A stretch of DNA of 64,000 nt from Ostrea edulis (taxonomy: Eukaryota). The position numbers were made by a program, and so were the translations under genes. The notes under the pieces are model-generated. The model worked only from the letters and a program-made list of their open reading frames with translations. It had not been told where the DNA came from and searched no databases. The DNA lies in assembly GCF_947568905.1 (NCBI RefSeq), contig NC_079169.1, positions 48,298,001-48,362,000 on the forward strand, given 5' to 3'. Below, piece after piece: positions 1 to 12,300 of the stretch. Every line of letters begins with the position of its first letter. Position 1 is the first letter of the stretch.

Positions 1-162
1 CCTCTCACTCCCTCAAAACTGATCTAAAAAAGTAAACTCTCTACAATCACATTGTACACTGCATACTATTCTAGAAATGTGCATGCATTCTCAGGATTCT
101 AGGACCACATACCGATATATGTGAAATACTTTAATCGAAGATTTTTTAAAGAAAACCTGTAC

Positions 163-338
163 CTGTAAGTTCTGCACTGCGGGAATGTTGACCTCAGCCG
201 GTATCCACTCGTTGCCATGATCATTAGATTTTGTAAAAGCCAGAGTTTTTACAGTTCCTGTACCACTGAAGTACACGGATAATGAACCAGTAGTAGAGCC
301 GGACATATGATAATAAAACTTCAGGCATCGTTCCTGTG
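163..338 (-). CDS. MAM-domain exon of the astacin gene
   Basis: QERCLKFYYHMSGSTTGSLSVY...HGNEWIPAEVNI matches the MAM CLxFxYHMxG...W pattern; TAG acceptor and GTACAG donor. Confidence 0.85.
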
Positions 339-3300
339 CTATAAACAATTGTTAATAATAACACTGTTTACCATGTAAACAACAGATTTGTAATCGTAAA
401 AGGAATAATTGATCGTGATACGAAAAAATCAAATGGTTAAGAATTTTGAAAGATGAGAGTAGAGATGAAAAAACGACCCACCCACAACATAATAAGAAAT
501 TGCCTTGGAATAAAAGTAAAAGGGATGGAGTGAAGCAAGACATCATGTACCCATGTAACGGCCATTACTGGACTCTGACATTATCATGTACCCCTGTAAT
601 GACCATTATTGGACTCTGACATCATGTACCCCTGTAATGACCATTACTGGACTCTGACATTATCATGTACCCCTGTAACGACCAATACTGGACTCTGACA
701 TCATGTACTCCTGTAACGACCAATACTGGACTCTGACATCATGTACCCCTGTAACGACCAATACTGGACTCTGACATCATGTACCCCTGTAACGACCAAT
801 ACTGGACTCTGACATCATGTACCCCTGTAATGACCATTACTGGACTCTGACATTATCATGTACCCCTGTAACGACCAATACTGGACTCTGACATCATGTA
901 CTCCTGTAACGACCAATACTGGACTCTGACATCATGTACCCCTGTAACGACCAATACTGGACTCTGACATCATGTACCCCTGTAACGACCAATACTGGAC
1001 TCTGACATCATGTACCCCTGTAACGGCCATTACTGGACTCTGACATCATGTACCCCTGTAATGACCATTACTGGACTCTGACATTAGCATGTACCACTGT
1101 AACGGCCATTACTGGACTCTGACATTATTATGTACCCCTGTAACGATCATTACTGGACTCTGACCTTGATTACTAATGATATCTGAAGTAGAAATGAATA
1201 CATACATCTGTAACTAGTACATTTATTGTGGTTACTCTTTATTTGGTACCCGAAGCATTATAAACATTTTATTACTGATGTATGACCTTGTCCTGTCACA
1301 GTATGACCTAGAAAGCACTGAGCATCTTTTCCCCCAACTACAGTCTCAATACTAAGTATGAGGCTGAAAACAGGTACTATTTAGATTATGACCTTAAAAT
1401 TGTTACGATCGCTCACTATTTTGAATTCATACCTTTTGAATTCAAAAGTTAAACCAGAAGACACATTTTCTTTCTTTGTAGGAGTTATGAACACCATATA
1501 GTGTTTAATACTGAAATCTGGAACGGTAAATGTACTTTTATATGCATCATGTTTTCAGTTTTGTTCCTGGGTTACACAGATACATTCAGTTGGTGTCAAC
1601 TTCCAGCATCCCTTGCAACTTTGTTTCGGGGAATAACGATCGTACATATAATTTTATGAATAACAACTACTGAATTGAGGGGAGTTTATGCGTCTGCTCG
1701 TATATAATGTTGCTAAATTTACAAAATGTTCATGTTTGAAAATACACGAGGGCATGAACTGCCATATTGTACGCATACTTATAAAGTGCATTAGCGCCTC
1801 GTTAAAAGTACATGTATGCTGACCTGAAGCGTTGCTGTGCAAATCCTCATGTATTTTCAAAAATGAAATTTATTTCTTATCATTACATTCTCTTTTATTT
1901 CTAACGGAATTCCCAGCCATCAAAATAGCCTTACTATATCTATCAAGATTCATACGCACAATTTTCACATTCATGGGGCTATTATTTCAGTGGGTTAAGA
2001 TATCGAAATTTAAGCAAAAACATTGGAAATGTAAATATTCGCATTCATATGTTCATTACCATTAGAAAATCGGACAACTTTGGTACTTAAGATTGCAGTA
2101 TCTCCCTGCGTCCTGGGCATAGACGTCTCAATGTACATGTAATATTTCCCCGAATGAGCGAATCTTGGTCCCGTATTTGAAGAAGGGGTTGAATCCTATT
2201 CAGAAAATTACAATGGTAATCTTTATAGAGATTCAGCATTTCATTTTCATGACATTCACTAGCTGCAGAACTGTAGTTCACTGAGAAAATATTCGGACAG
2301 ATCCGAGAACTACAAATCCACCCCTTATAAAAACCCTCGACTTACGACGCACAAAAAATGCACACGGCTGAGGCCTTATATCGCTATATTCTTGCATCAC
2401 CGTCTCATTAATTTAAAATCAAAATATTTCTAGGAAAATATATTGGCACTTTTTTTTTTATCTTTAATTCATGCGATGCAAGAATATAGCGATATAATGT
2501 CTAAACCGTGCGCATTTTTTGTGCCCCGTAAATCGAAGGTTTTTATATGGGGTGATTCTGTAGCTCTCTGATCTGTCCCAATATTTTCTCAGATAGCTAC
2601 GGTTCTGCAGATAGACATTCATTAAAAGTTTGCTATGGTTTGTCTTCCAAATTAGTTGAATAGTTACTTTCTGGGATGAATGATTTAGCAGTAAAGTTGA
2701 CAACACTATTCGAATTAATTTCTATCAACTAATACATATATATTGATTGGTTTTATGATTATATGTTCTATTATGCATAGATTAATATCAAATAATACAA
2801 TTCAATTAATAGCACTGGATACATTTATTACATTTATCTTTTGTTTCAAAACATGCTAAAAGAATACTGAGTTCAGGGTCCAGTCAAACGTGTCTCCTGC
2901 AACATTTTGTAAAAACGTTAATCCATGGTCATCAAAGTTGGCATACATATTCATGGACTCTGGAAGAATAAGAAATTCATGAGATCAGCGCATGGTAAAA
3001 TACCTTGTTTTGCAAGACATTCAATTCCAGAAATATTGCGATCGTTAGTTTCTCAATGTTTGGCAGCTTTGATGTATTTGACACTAATTTAAACAAAGAA
3101 AATTGTGTTTACATACATACATGTATACATGTATATATATTACCATCACTGACTTGATCACAGTTAGTTCCAGAAAACCCAGCGTGACATTCACACCTGT
3201 ATGACGTGTCAGTGTTCAAACATTTGCCAAACTTGCAGGGATGGTCAATGCAACCTTAAAACACAATTAAACAACCAATTTAAGATTTGATCACATAATC

Positions 3301-6300
3301 CGTCAAAGTAAGCTAAAATACTGTATGTTTACTTTGATACAGAAATTAATTATACTAGCCTTTTTTTCAAACTGAATTAGACGATGTTTTTTATATTCTC
3401 TTATGATTTTGTTATCTCTGAAATTACGTCTTCGATATTTTCTATTAACAGTTGCTTTATAAAACAATACGTTACCATCTTTTTCCATGAGGAAATCCAA
3501 CACTCACTTGGCCCTATACTTCTGACTGTCAGATGAAATTAACACATTATACTCACTTGCCCCTATACTTCTGACTGTCAGATGAAATCAACACATTATA
3601 CTCACTTGCCCCTATATTTCTGACTGTCAGGTGAAATCAACACATTATACTCACTTGCCCCTATACTTCTGACTGTCAGGTGAAATCAACACATTATACT
3701 CACTTGCCCCTATACTTCTGACTGTCAGGTGAAATCCTTTAGATGCTGGTTTATCGCTTGAAACAGCTGTATTGAACTTTAAGATCATCACATTCTTTAA
3801 CTCGTCTGGTGTTGTGTAGAATCTTTCAGCTTTTCGCAGACCGCATAGTCTAATTTCATAAACCAATATCTTTATATTCATCATAAATTTCTTATTCAAT
3901 ACACACGAGATTAGGATAGTGTTGAGAAACCCAAACCGTCGGTTTTTTGGTCAATCCATCTAACTCATAAAATATTGGATTCAGAACCCGGTCAATTCCT
4001 GATTAGCTTTCACAATCTAATTATAATTCGGTAACATTGCTTACATTCGTAGCTGAAGTAAGATAGATGATAAAATACCAGTAAAAGTAACAGTAGAAGC
4101 TGTTTTATATTCTAAAACAAACTATTCCCTCGCACTAAAAAGTAATGAATATAAATATATACATAGTAAGCCAACTTACTCGGGACCATCTTGTCCCATG
4201 AGGTTATAACGAACTTCCAGCCAATGATAGCAAGCATCGAAACCGTTGTCTGAAAGATCCATAAAATCTATCGTCATCTGTATGTGTCGATAGCTAGGTG
4301 CCTGCAACAGAAATGGTGAGGTAAATAAATTCATCTTATTAAGTAGGTTGTTTGTTTCTTTTACGTCCCGTTGAGAATTTTTCACTCACATTGATAAGTC
4401 ACCAACTGTAGGTGAAGTACCAATCTCTCACCAGAGGGCGTATTACGCTACGCGACAACACATCTGTCAACGTCTGAATGTCAAGATTCCTGGCAAAACT
4501 TATTTCTACCTATTGCATTATAAAGTATGATTTTACAAGTTTTAGTGTTAAGCTTAAAATCTTACAGTAAGTTCACAAAAACAACGAATTTCATGATTAT
4601 TCTAGTATTATTGGATGAATGAATGAATGAATATTTATATAAAACCTTTTAATTCGCTCAGGTGTCTCATATTTACCAGCTTCTGCGTTTATAAAATTCA
4701 GACAAGTGTTTGATTTGCTTAGATATGATCATTACAGTTTGATATGCTAAGTTAGTTTTAGTACGTTTTGATATGATTTTAGACGTTGACAGAGGTATTA
4801 GTGGAGCATAGCAGGAACGATAACTCTGGGTAGAGATTGGTGAAGTACATGTACCACAAATTTAAACCTATGTTTAGCGCTCGGGGCTGTAACAGTGAGG
4901 ATTCTTTAACGTGCCAAAGCCTATCGCGACAAGGAACCTCCGTTTTAAAGGACATATCCGAAAGACCCGTGATTCCCAGCTTCTAAATCCCGAACGTTTT
5001 GCAAAGTATCAATTACTACTTATGTTAACGTCTTGGGTTTACGCGGCCATGGCACGAACGGGGCTTAAATTCACAACCTACAGGTTACGAAACGAAAACC
5101 CTACCACCGAGCTCTTGGAATTATTCCATGTTCTCGGTTAAAAATGTTCCTTCGCCAAGAGCCCGGCATTAAAAGTCAAAGTTACAGGTCATTCGAATAC
5201 ATGTCCCGCGTCACAATTGCCATTGCCACGATAAGGGACACACCCTGCTAGAGGCCGGAGTTCATGTATGTAGGTCAAAATTTGTGGTGATTCACCTAAA
5301 ACTATATGTGCCATCTCTATGTGAGTGACACATTTTAGAATTTATACTTTAAAAACCAATAAACAACAACAACAAAACCCACAGCAATTTGAGAATACAT
5401 AAAATGTCGTAAAGAAAAGCTTTACCACCATTCTGTACCCAAATTGGAATTAAAGTTTAGAATGTAATAGAACTGTAGATTTATGTTACAAAACCCGCAC
5501 TAGCTCCTTTGCGGAGTATTTTGCGAGCGTTTATAATGAAGAAGGATATTGAACTTGTTTACAGTGAATACCTTCACCAGCCAGACGCACTCTTCTCCTA
5601 CATTGTAATTGTGGGGATAGTTTGATGATGTAATCGTTTGTTCTTCGTTTATCGATAATGATATCACACCTCCACAACCTGAATCAAGTGTTTCATTAAT
5701 TAATGTACGATGCGCCGAATATCAGTAAAATGAGTGATTATAGATGTAACAAAGTCCTTTCTAAAAAGAATTGTCTGTCGTCTTTTAAGACTCATTCGAG
5801 TATCAAAATTCGATAAAATGAACAGGAATTAACTATAAGGAAATCTTTTAGATCACAAACATTAAGAAATTCTGAATTATGGGGACTTTTACAGGAAATG
5901 TATCATGGCAAGTTATCTTTTGTTGGCAAACTGTTACATAATTCCTGCATACGATTGCAACAAACATATTGTATTCAAAGTTACGTCTGAAATAGAATTC
6001 ATCATACCATTGTATCCTAGATGTCGCGATATTTCTTTACCTTCACGTGACCTGACAGACGAGCACGTGCTGCCTGTTAATCCCGAAGGACATTGGCATC
6101 GACAGTTCTGGTTTACATATCCGCCATTTTCACATTGAGGTGGGTTGTTGCACCCTACTAATAAATGAATAACTTATAATCTATATAATAATGTATCTAT
6201 AAATCAAACAAAGTACAATGTTTGACAAATTGAAACTAGAAAAAACAAGATGTCCATGGGCCACAATGCTCACCTGAGTTTCCTTGGCCGTGCTGTTCTT

Positions 6301-9300
6301 CATCACCATATGTTTATTTTCATGACAATTTTTAAACCCATATTATGACCTTAACTTAGCCACACATTGGGTTATTATTTCACCAAACTTGAATCCACAC
6401 AACATAGGAATGAATAAATATGACTAATATGGTGTTGCTGTCTGGAGAAGAGTATCTTAAATAAAGATTTAGATTTCTCCCTATCTTTATGTAGAGCATT
6501 ATGTAAACAAAACTTCCCAAACTTTCATAACCACAGGGTTCATGACAAATATTGAATTTACATAAATTGGGAACGCTTGCATATTGACACAATTTAGTGT
6601 GGCCCTGCTACTCTTGAAAATATTTTTCGTCAAAGGTCCTACATATTCTCAACATGCCTTATATGTACATGTTGGTCTTTAGAAAAGCTTTTTAATACAT
6701 GGACATGTATGTTGCCATATAAAAATTCTGTAGCCCCCCCCCCCAAGGGCCACAAGCAAACTTGAATATGCACTACCTGTGGGTACTTGCATATCAATAC
6801 TACTAATCATGCCACTGTTGCTCTAGAAAAATATGAATTTTAAAACGTTTTCCCCTTTATATCCCAATGTAAAATACAGTTCCCCTATTGTGCCATGATT
6901 TGAACACATTTGAATCTATTACATGTATCTGATGATGTTTGTATATAAGTATGGCTATTCATGACCCTGCTGGTCTTCAGAAGATTTTTAAAAGATATTT
7001 TCCATATATCCCTTTGTAGAACTTTGATCCCCAATTTTGGTCCCACCCTACCCCCAGGGACCATGATTTAAGTCATTCAAATCTCCACTCATTAAAAGGA
7101 CTGATTCACAATTTCCCCCGAAATTTTGTTTTTTACTTTCAATGATCAAAATCTATTGTCTAATGTGTTTAAAAGATTTCACCAAACAATTGATGTTCTA
7201 CATTATCACAGAAGCTCATTTTAGAGAGTTTATTATTTGTTTTGTAAACAAAGATTGCGGTATGTTATTGTTTTCGAAATTTTCATAAGAAATGATTATT
7301 GATCTAAGTTTATAATATCTTTCACATTTCAAACATTCTTTGGGTAAAATGTGTCATCTAAAAGTTAAAATTTGTGATTATGCTGCTTTATATTACAAAA
7401 TCAACATTGCACATGTTTGTTTCTATACATGAAAAGACTCGAGTCTTTGTTTACATAACACAGATTTAGGGCTAAAATATTGCTTTTATTCTTGCATTCA
7501 GAAGGTCAATATTTTGACTGTCAACATTTAAATCGGTTATATTTTTAATGTTTAACATCAAAAATGAAAAAAAAAAATTCTCAAAAATCGTGAACCAGTC
7601 CCTGTAAGGACGCTTTGATATCAGTTTTGTCTTTTCTGGTCCAATGGTTCATGGGAAGATTTTTAAAAGATGCCACCATATTTTCACTATTTCTTAGTTT
7701 ACGGATGGACAGATAAACACAGACGGCGGACAAAATTTGATCAGTAATGTTCACATGAGCTTTCAGGTCAGGTGAGCTAAATACCAAACATTTATTGAGT
7801 ATAGAACTCTTACGTGTGCATCTGTAGGCTGTAGTAATTTCCCGCGCGTCATAGTACATTAGACCTTTGGCTTTGTCGGCCAAGAATGCCAGTCTCGGAT
7901 CCTTGGAGCGCATTGTCGGTTTACTGCTGTCGATGGCAAAAGCCTGTCAACAGTTGATAGTAGTGGTGATGATTGTTAAATTTTGAACAGAGCAACACAT
8001 ATATGACATGACGGTAGTAAAGCAGGTTAGTTTTAGACAGTAGAAATTTTATGTGTGTACTGTACATAATAGTTTGCTAAATAAATTAACCATCGTAAAT
8101 AAGTTATCAATTTTTCAAAAATATAAATGAGATGAATATATCACACGTATCTTACGCCAAGACTATACTGAAGAACGGATGATATGTCATATGGGTATGT
8201 CAGTCTGGTATCTAGTGCTCTAAAATTAATGTTGTTTATCCCACCGCCTCTAATGTTGTCACCATAGAGTTCGACGTATGAGTCCCTGTCTCTTCGGTTC
8301 TGCTCGTGCCACATTCCAAGGGCGTGGCACATTTCATGAACGGCTGTAGCTACCTAATAATATCCTGATTTGTTTACTTTAGTTTCGTTGCACAAGGCCG
8401 CCGGAACGTCTTGTATAAATACATTAAGACCTGTGTAACTTCTATTACAAGGCATCCGATTGGGGGAAATTATCCCTTTCTCTGCTGCGCAACCGGCGGT
8501 TATTTTTAGACATCTAAAATGGCCGCCGGTTGCGAAGTGCAGCTGGAGAGAAGGATGTTTTTCGCCATTGGAACTATTTGGCACATGTATTTTTCAATTA
8601 AGGTGAGATTATCAATTCGAAAATGTAATGCGATGAAAAATATAGGATGCTCTTTTGCATTACATTGTGCATAATGTCTATGTACTCGTGAAATTACAGA
8701 AAGCTCATCGGGTCCAAGCTTATTTCGAGTAAAATAAATAGGTCAAAGCCTTTGGTTGATTCTCGAATATTTCAGGAAGTACTTGGAATTTTTCGACGAA
8801 ATTGATGATAATCTAGACGAGTTATATGCAAGGTGAAAGCTACAGAGTGCGGTATAAAATGACAATAGTTAATTTTTTAAATCACCAAAAATTGTGTATT
8901 TTGTAATAGGAATTGCAAGACTCTTTCTACCATATTTATCAAGGGTACCCAGATGTTTGGTGGGTCTGTGTCTCGATGCATATCAACTACATGTCTCTCT
9001 ATTCAAAACAAATTTATAGATGCTACATATCAAAATCACTATAGTTAAATCCTTCGTGATAAAATGAATTGTGTATCTTAATCTGAGAACGATGGATTAA
9101 AAAAATCTTGTTTAATTGGAGAATAACATAGTACAAATGGTAAACCAAACATTTAAAACAAGAACATACACTGATGCATCCTGGGTCTTGTAAACTTAAC
9201 CCCTGTTGTCCCCATCCAATCATACCGACGTATGACCAACAACCACTGAAATAAACATTTAAATTTATTAACGTTGAATTTGTTTTTTCTTGTATCGTCT

Positions 9301-12300
9301 CATTTGTAGATTTTCGAGGTCAGTATTTACAACATTGACCTCAGATAACTAAATCTACGACATGTGGGAACTACAAGAAGTGTTTAGTATGACCAATGAA
9401 ACACATTATGGCGTGTTAAAAGAAATCATGATATTTTTTCCAATAAGTCATTTAATACAATGCTGGTAATTTTAGTCGGATCTATTTTTCAGCAAACCTC
9501 CTAAACTATCGAACAGCCGTGATCGTTCTGTTAATGAAACCACAACTACGGAATCTACGATAAACATCAAAGTTTAAACTTTTTTCATTGTGATAATGTA
9601 AACATGAACCTAAATACACTGTATTTTGAAAATAGCACAGTGCTACGATGACAGCGTGTGTGCATAAAAGATTTTCATAGCGTTTTGCATCTTCCATGAT
9701 TATTTTATCTGGAAAATATTCTTTTAAGTAAATTTCGAATACTTACGACCCACTGAAAATGCGGACGTAGTTGCCATGGGTAACGGAGTTGGCCAATGGG
9801 GTTCCCAGAGAAGAAAATCTTACACAGGTCAAATTATTCATCATTTCGATACCTGTGCTGATAACATCTCTTGAGTCGGGAGCTTAATATAGAGCATATA
9901 GAAACTAAAATAAGAATGCATTTGTTCCAGTACACTAGATGTATTATAACAGAACATGCGTTGAATTTATTTTACTGAAAACTAAACATACAGAGATTTG
10001 AGTCCAGCTGGAAAGGAACGATGCCTTTTGTCCACAGTTGATCTGGCACCATGAAATTTCTTTTCCTGCGTTTTTTGAAATCCTTAGACTGAAAAAAAAA
10101 TCTTTTGTGATAGGTCACAGAATTGAGATTTATTTATTTATTATTTTTTAAATTCACATTTATATCTATCATAATTAACGTCATATTTTGTATAAAAAAA
10201 TATGTAATAAGAATGATTAAGAAATTAGAGACTATTTTTGAAAGTTTTATTGGAACATGACATGATTTGGTCACGTGGTCAAATCAAATACTAATGCCCG
10301 AAAGGCGTTGTAGTAAATTTGGTCACATTCCAACTCTTTGTCATGTCCCGATGCAACTTAATGGTATCTTATTTCTTATATTTCTGTCTTTAATCTAATT
10401 TAAGTTTTTATACTTCGTTATCTCATAAACAACAATGCTACACAAGATATAGTTCGTTAGATTTTCAACAACAAATTGTTTTAAAATATATCTGAAACAA
10501 TTCTATACCTGTAGATATAAGTGACTGAATTCAAAGTAGGGGAGTTGGTCGTTCAAATTATGGCAAATTACTTGAAGCGGGATACGAAGTTATCGAAGAA
10601 AGATTTCGACAGGAATTCGGAAGGATTCGCATATTGGGAATGAATCCTGTCAATGTTAAGCTCTCTAAGAGAGCTTCGGTTTGGTGTGCAGGGGTTGGAC
10701 ATTCATCGACAATATTTGAGATTGTGGACGGTGCGATGGTGGGGACAGGTGTAGTCGGGTTGAGATTGTGGGGACAGGTCGAGGTGCAGGTGACTGAGTT
10801 GGTTTTCTTCTACGAGTACCAGGTTGTGCAAGATTGGATAAACAGGGACTAACAAACGGTGTTTGAATTCAGAAGAGAAGTTTTAGGGAAGATTCGCAGC
10901 AATGACTAGAAAATAGTGAACATAATTTGTCGAGTCTCGAAAACAGTGTCACTTAAAGATCATGGATGGCGCTTGTAAAAAGACGCGTAGACATTGCTGT
11001 ATTTGACAGATTTGTCGGAATGATTCCACTGAGTATCTTTTTAGTTAGTTTTATATTGTTAAAAGTCCCTTTCAAGAATTTTTCACCATTGCCAGTGACG
11101 GGCTGCAAAATTTGGGTCTCATCCGAAGGACCGTTCCATTTAGTCGCCTCTTACGACAATCAAGAGATACTGAGGACCTACATGTATTCTAACCCAGATC
11201 CTCACGGGATGATTATCCTTTTGTTCAGGGAATTTACAGTGTATGGCAAAAATATTTGATACATTCCAAAGATACGGCATTATTTTGGCATTCTGTTACA
11301 TGTAGACAAAGATACAGCATTATGTTACATGTAGACAAATACAGCATTCTGTTACATGTAGACAAATACAGCATTCTATTACATGTAGACAAATACAGTA
11401 TTATGTTACATGTAAACAAACACAGCATTCTGTTACATGTAGACAAATACAGCATTCTGTTACATGTAAGCAGATACGACATTCTGTTACATGTAGACAA
11501 ATACAGCTTTCTGTTACATATAGACAAATACTGCACTCTGTTACATGTAAATAAATACAGCATTCTGTTACATGTAGACAAATACTGCATTCTGTTACAT
11601 GTAAACAAACACAGCATTCTGTTACATATAGACAAATACAGTATTCTGTTACATGTAGACAAATACAGTATTCTGTTACATGTAGACAAATACAGCATTC
11701 TATTACATGTAGACAAATACAGCATTCTGTTACATGTAGACAAATACAGTATTCTGTTACATGTAGACAGATACAGCATTCTGTTATATGTAGACAAATA
11801 CAGCATTCTGTTACATGTAGACAAATACAGCATTCTGGTACATGTAGACAAATATTGCATTCTGTTACATGTAGACAGATACAGCATTCTGTTTAATTTA
11901 GACAGATACAGCATTCTGTTACATGTAGACAGATACAGCATTCTGTTACATATAGACAAATTCAGCATTCTGTTACATGTAGACAAATACAGAATGATGT
12001 TACATTTAGACAAATACTGCATTTTGTTACATTTAGACAAATACAGTATTCTGTTACATGTAAACAAATACAGCATTCTGTTACATGTAGACAGATACTA
12101 GACAAATATAGTATTCTGTTAGATAGAGACAAATACAGCATTATGTTACATGTAGACAATTACAACATCCTGTTATATGTAGACAAATACAGCCTTCTGT
12201 TACATTTAGACAGATACAGCATTCTGTTACATGTAGACAGATACTGCATTGTGTTACATATAGACAAATACAGCCTTCTGTTACATGTAGACAAATACAG

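Noticed and set aside
543-1165. CRISPR-like regular array (also the 27-, 36-, 49- and 51-bp arrays)
   Set aside because: Head-to-tail repeats with no unique spacers, no cas genes and a eukaryotic context.
10634-10852. Plus-strand V/G-rich ORF
   Set aside because: Looks like the antisense shadow of a Pro/Thr-rich minus frame; no recognisable domain.
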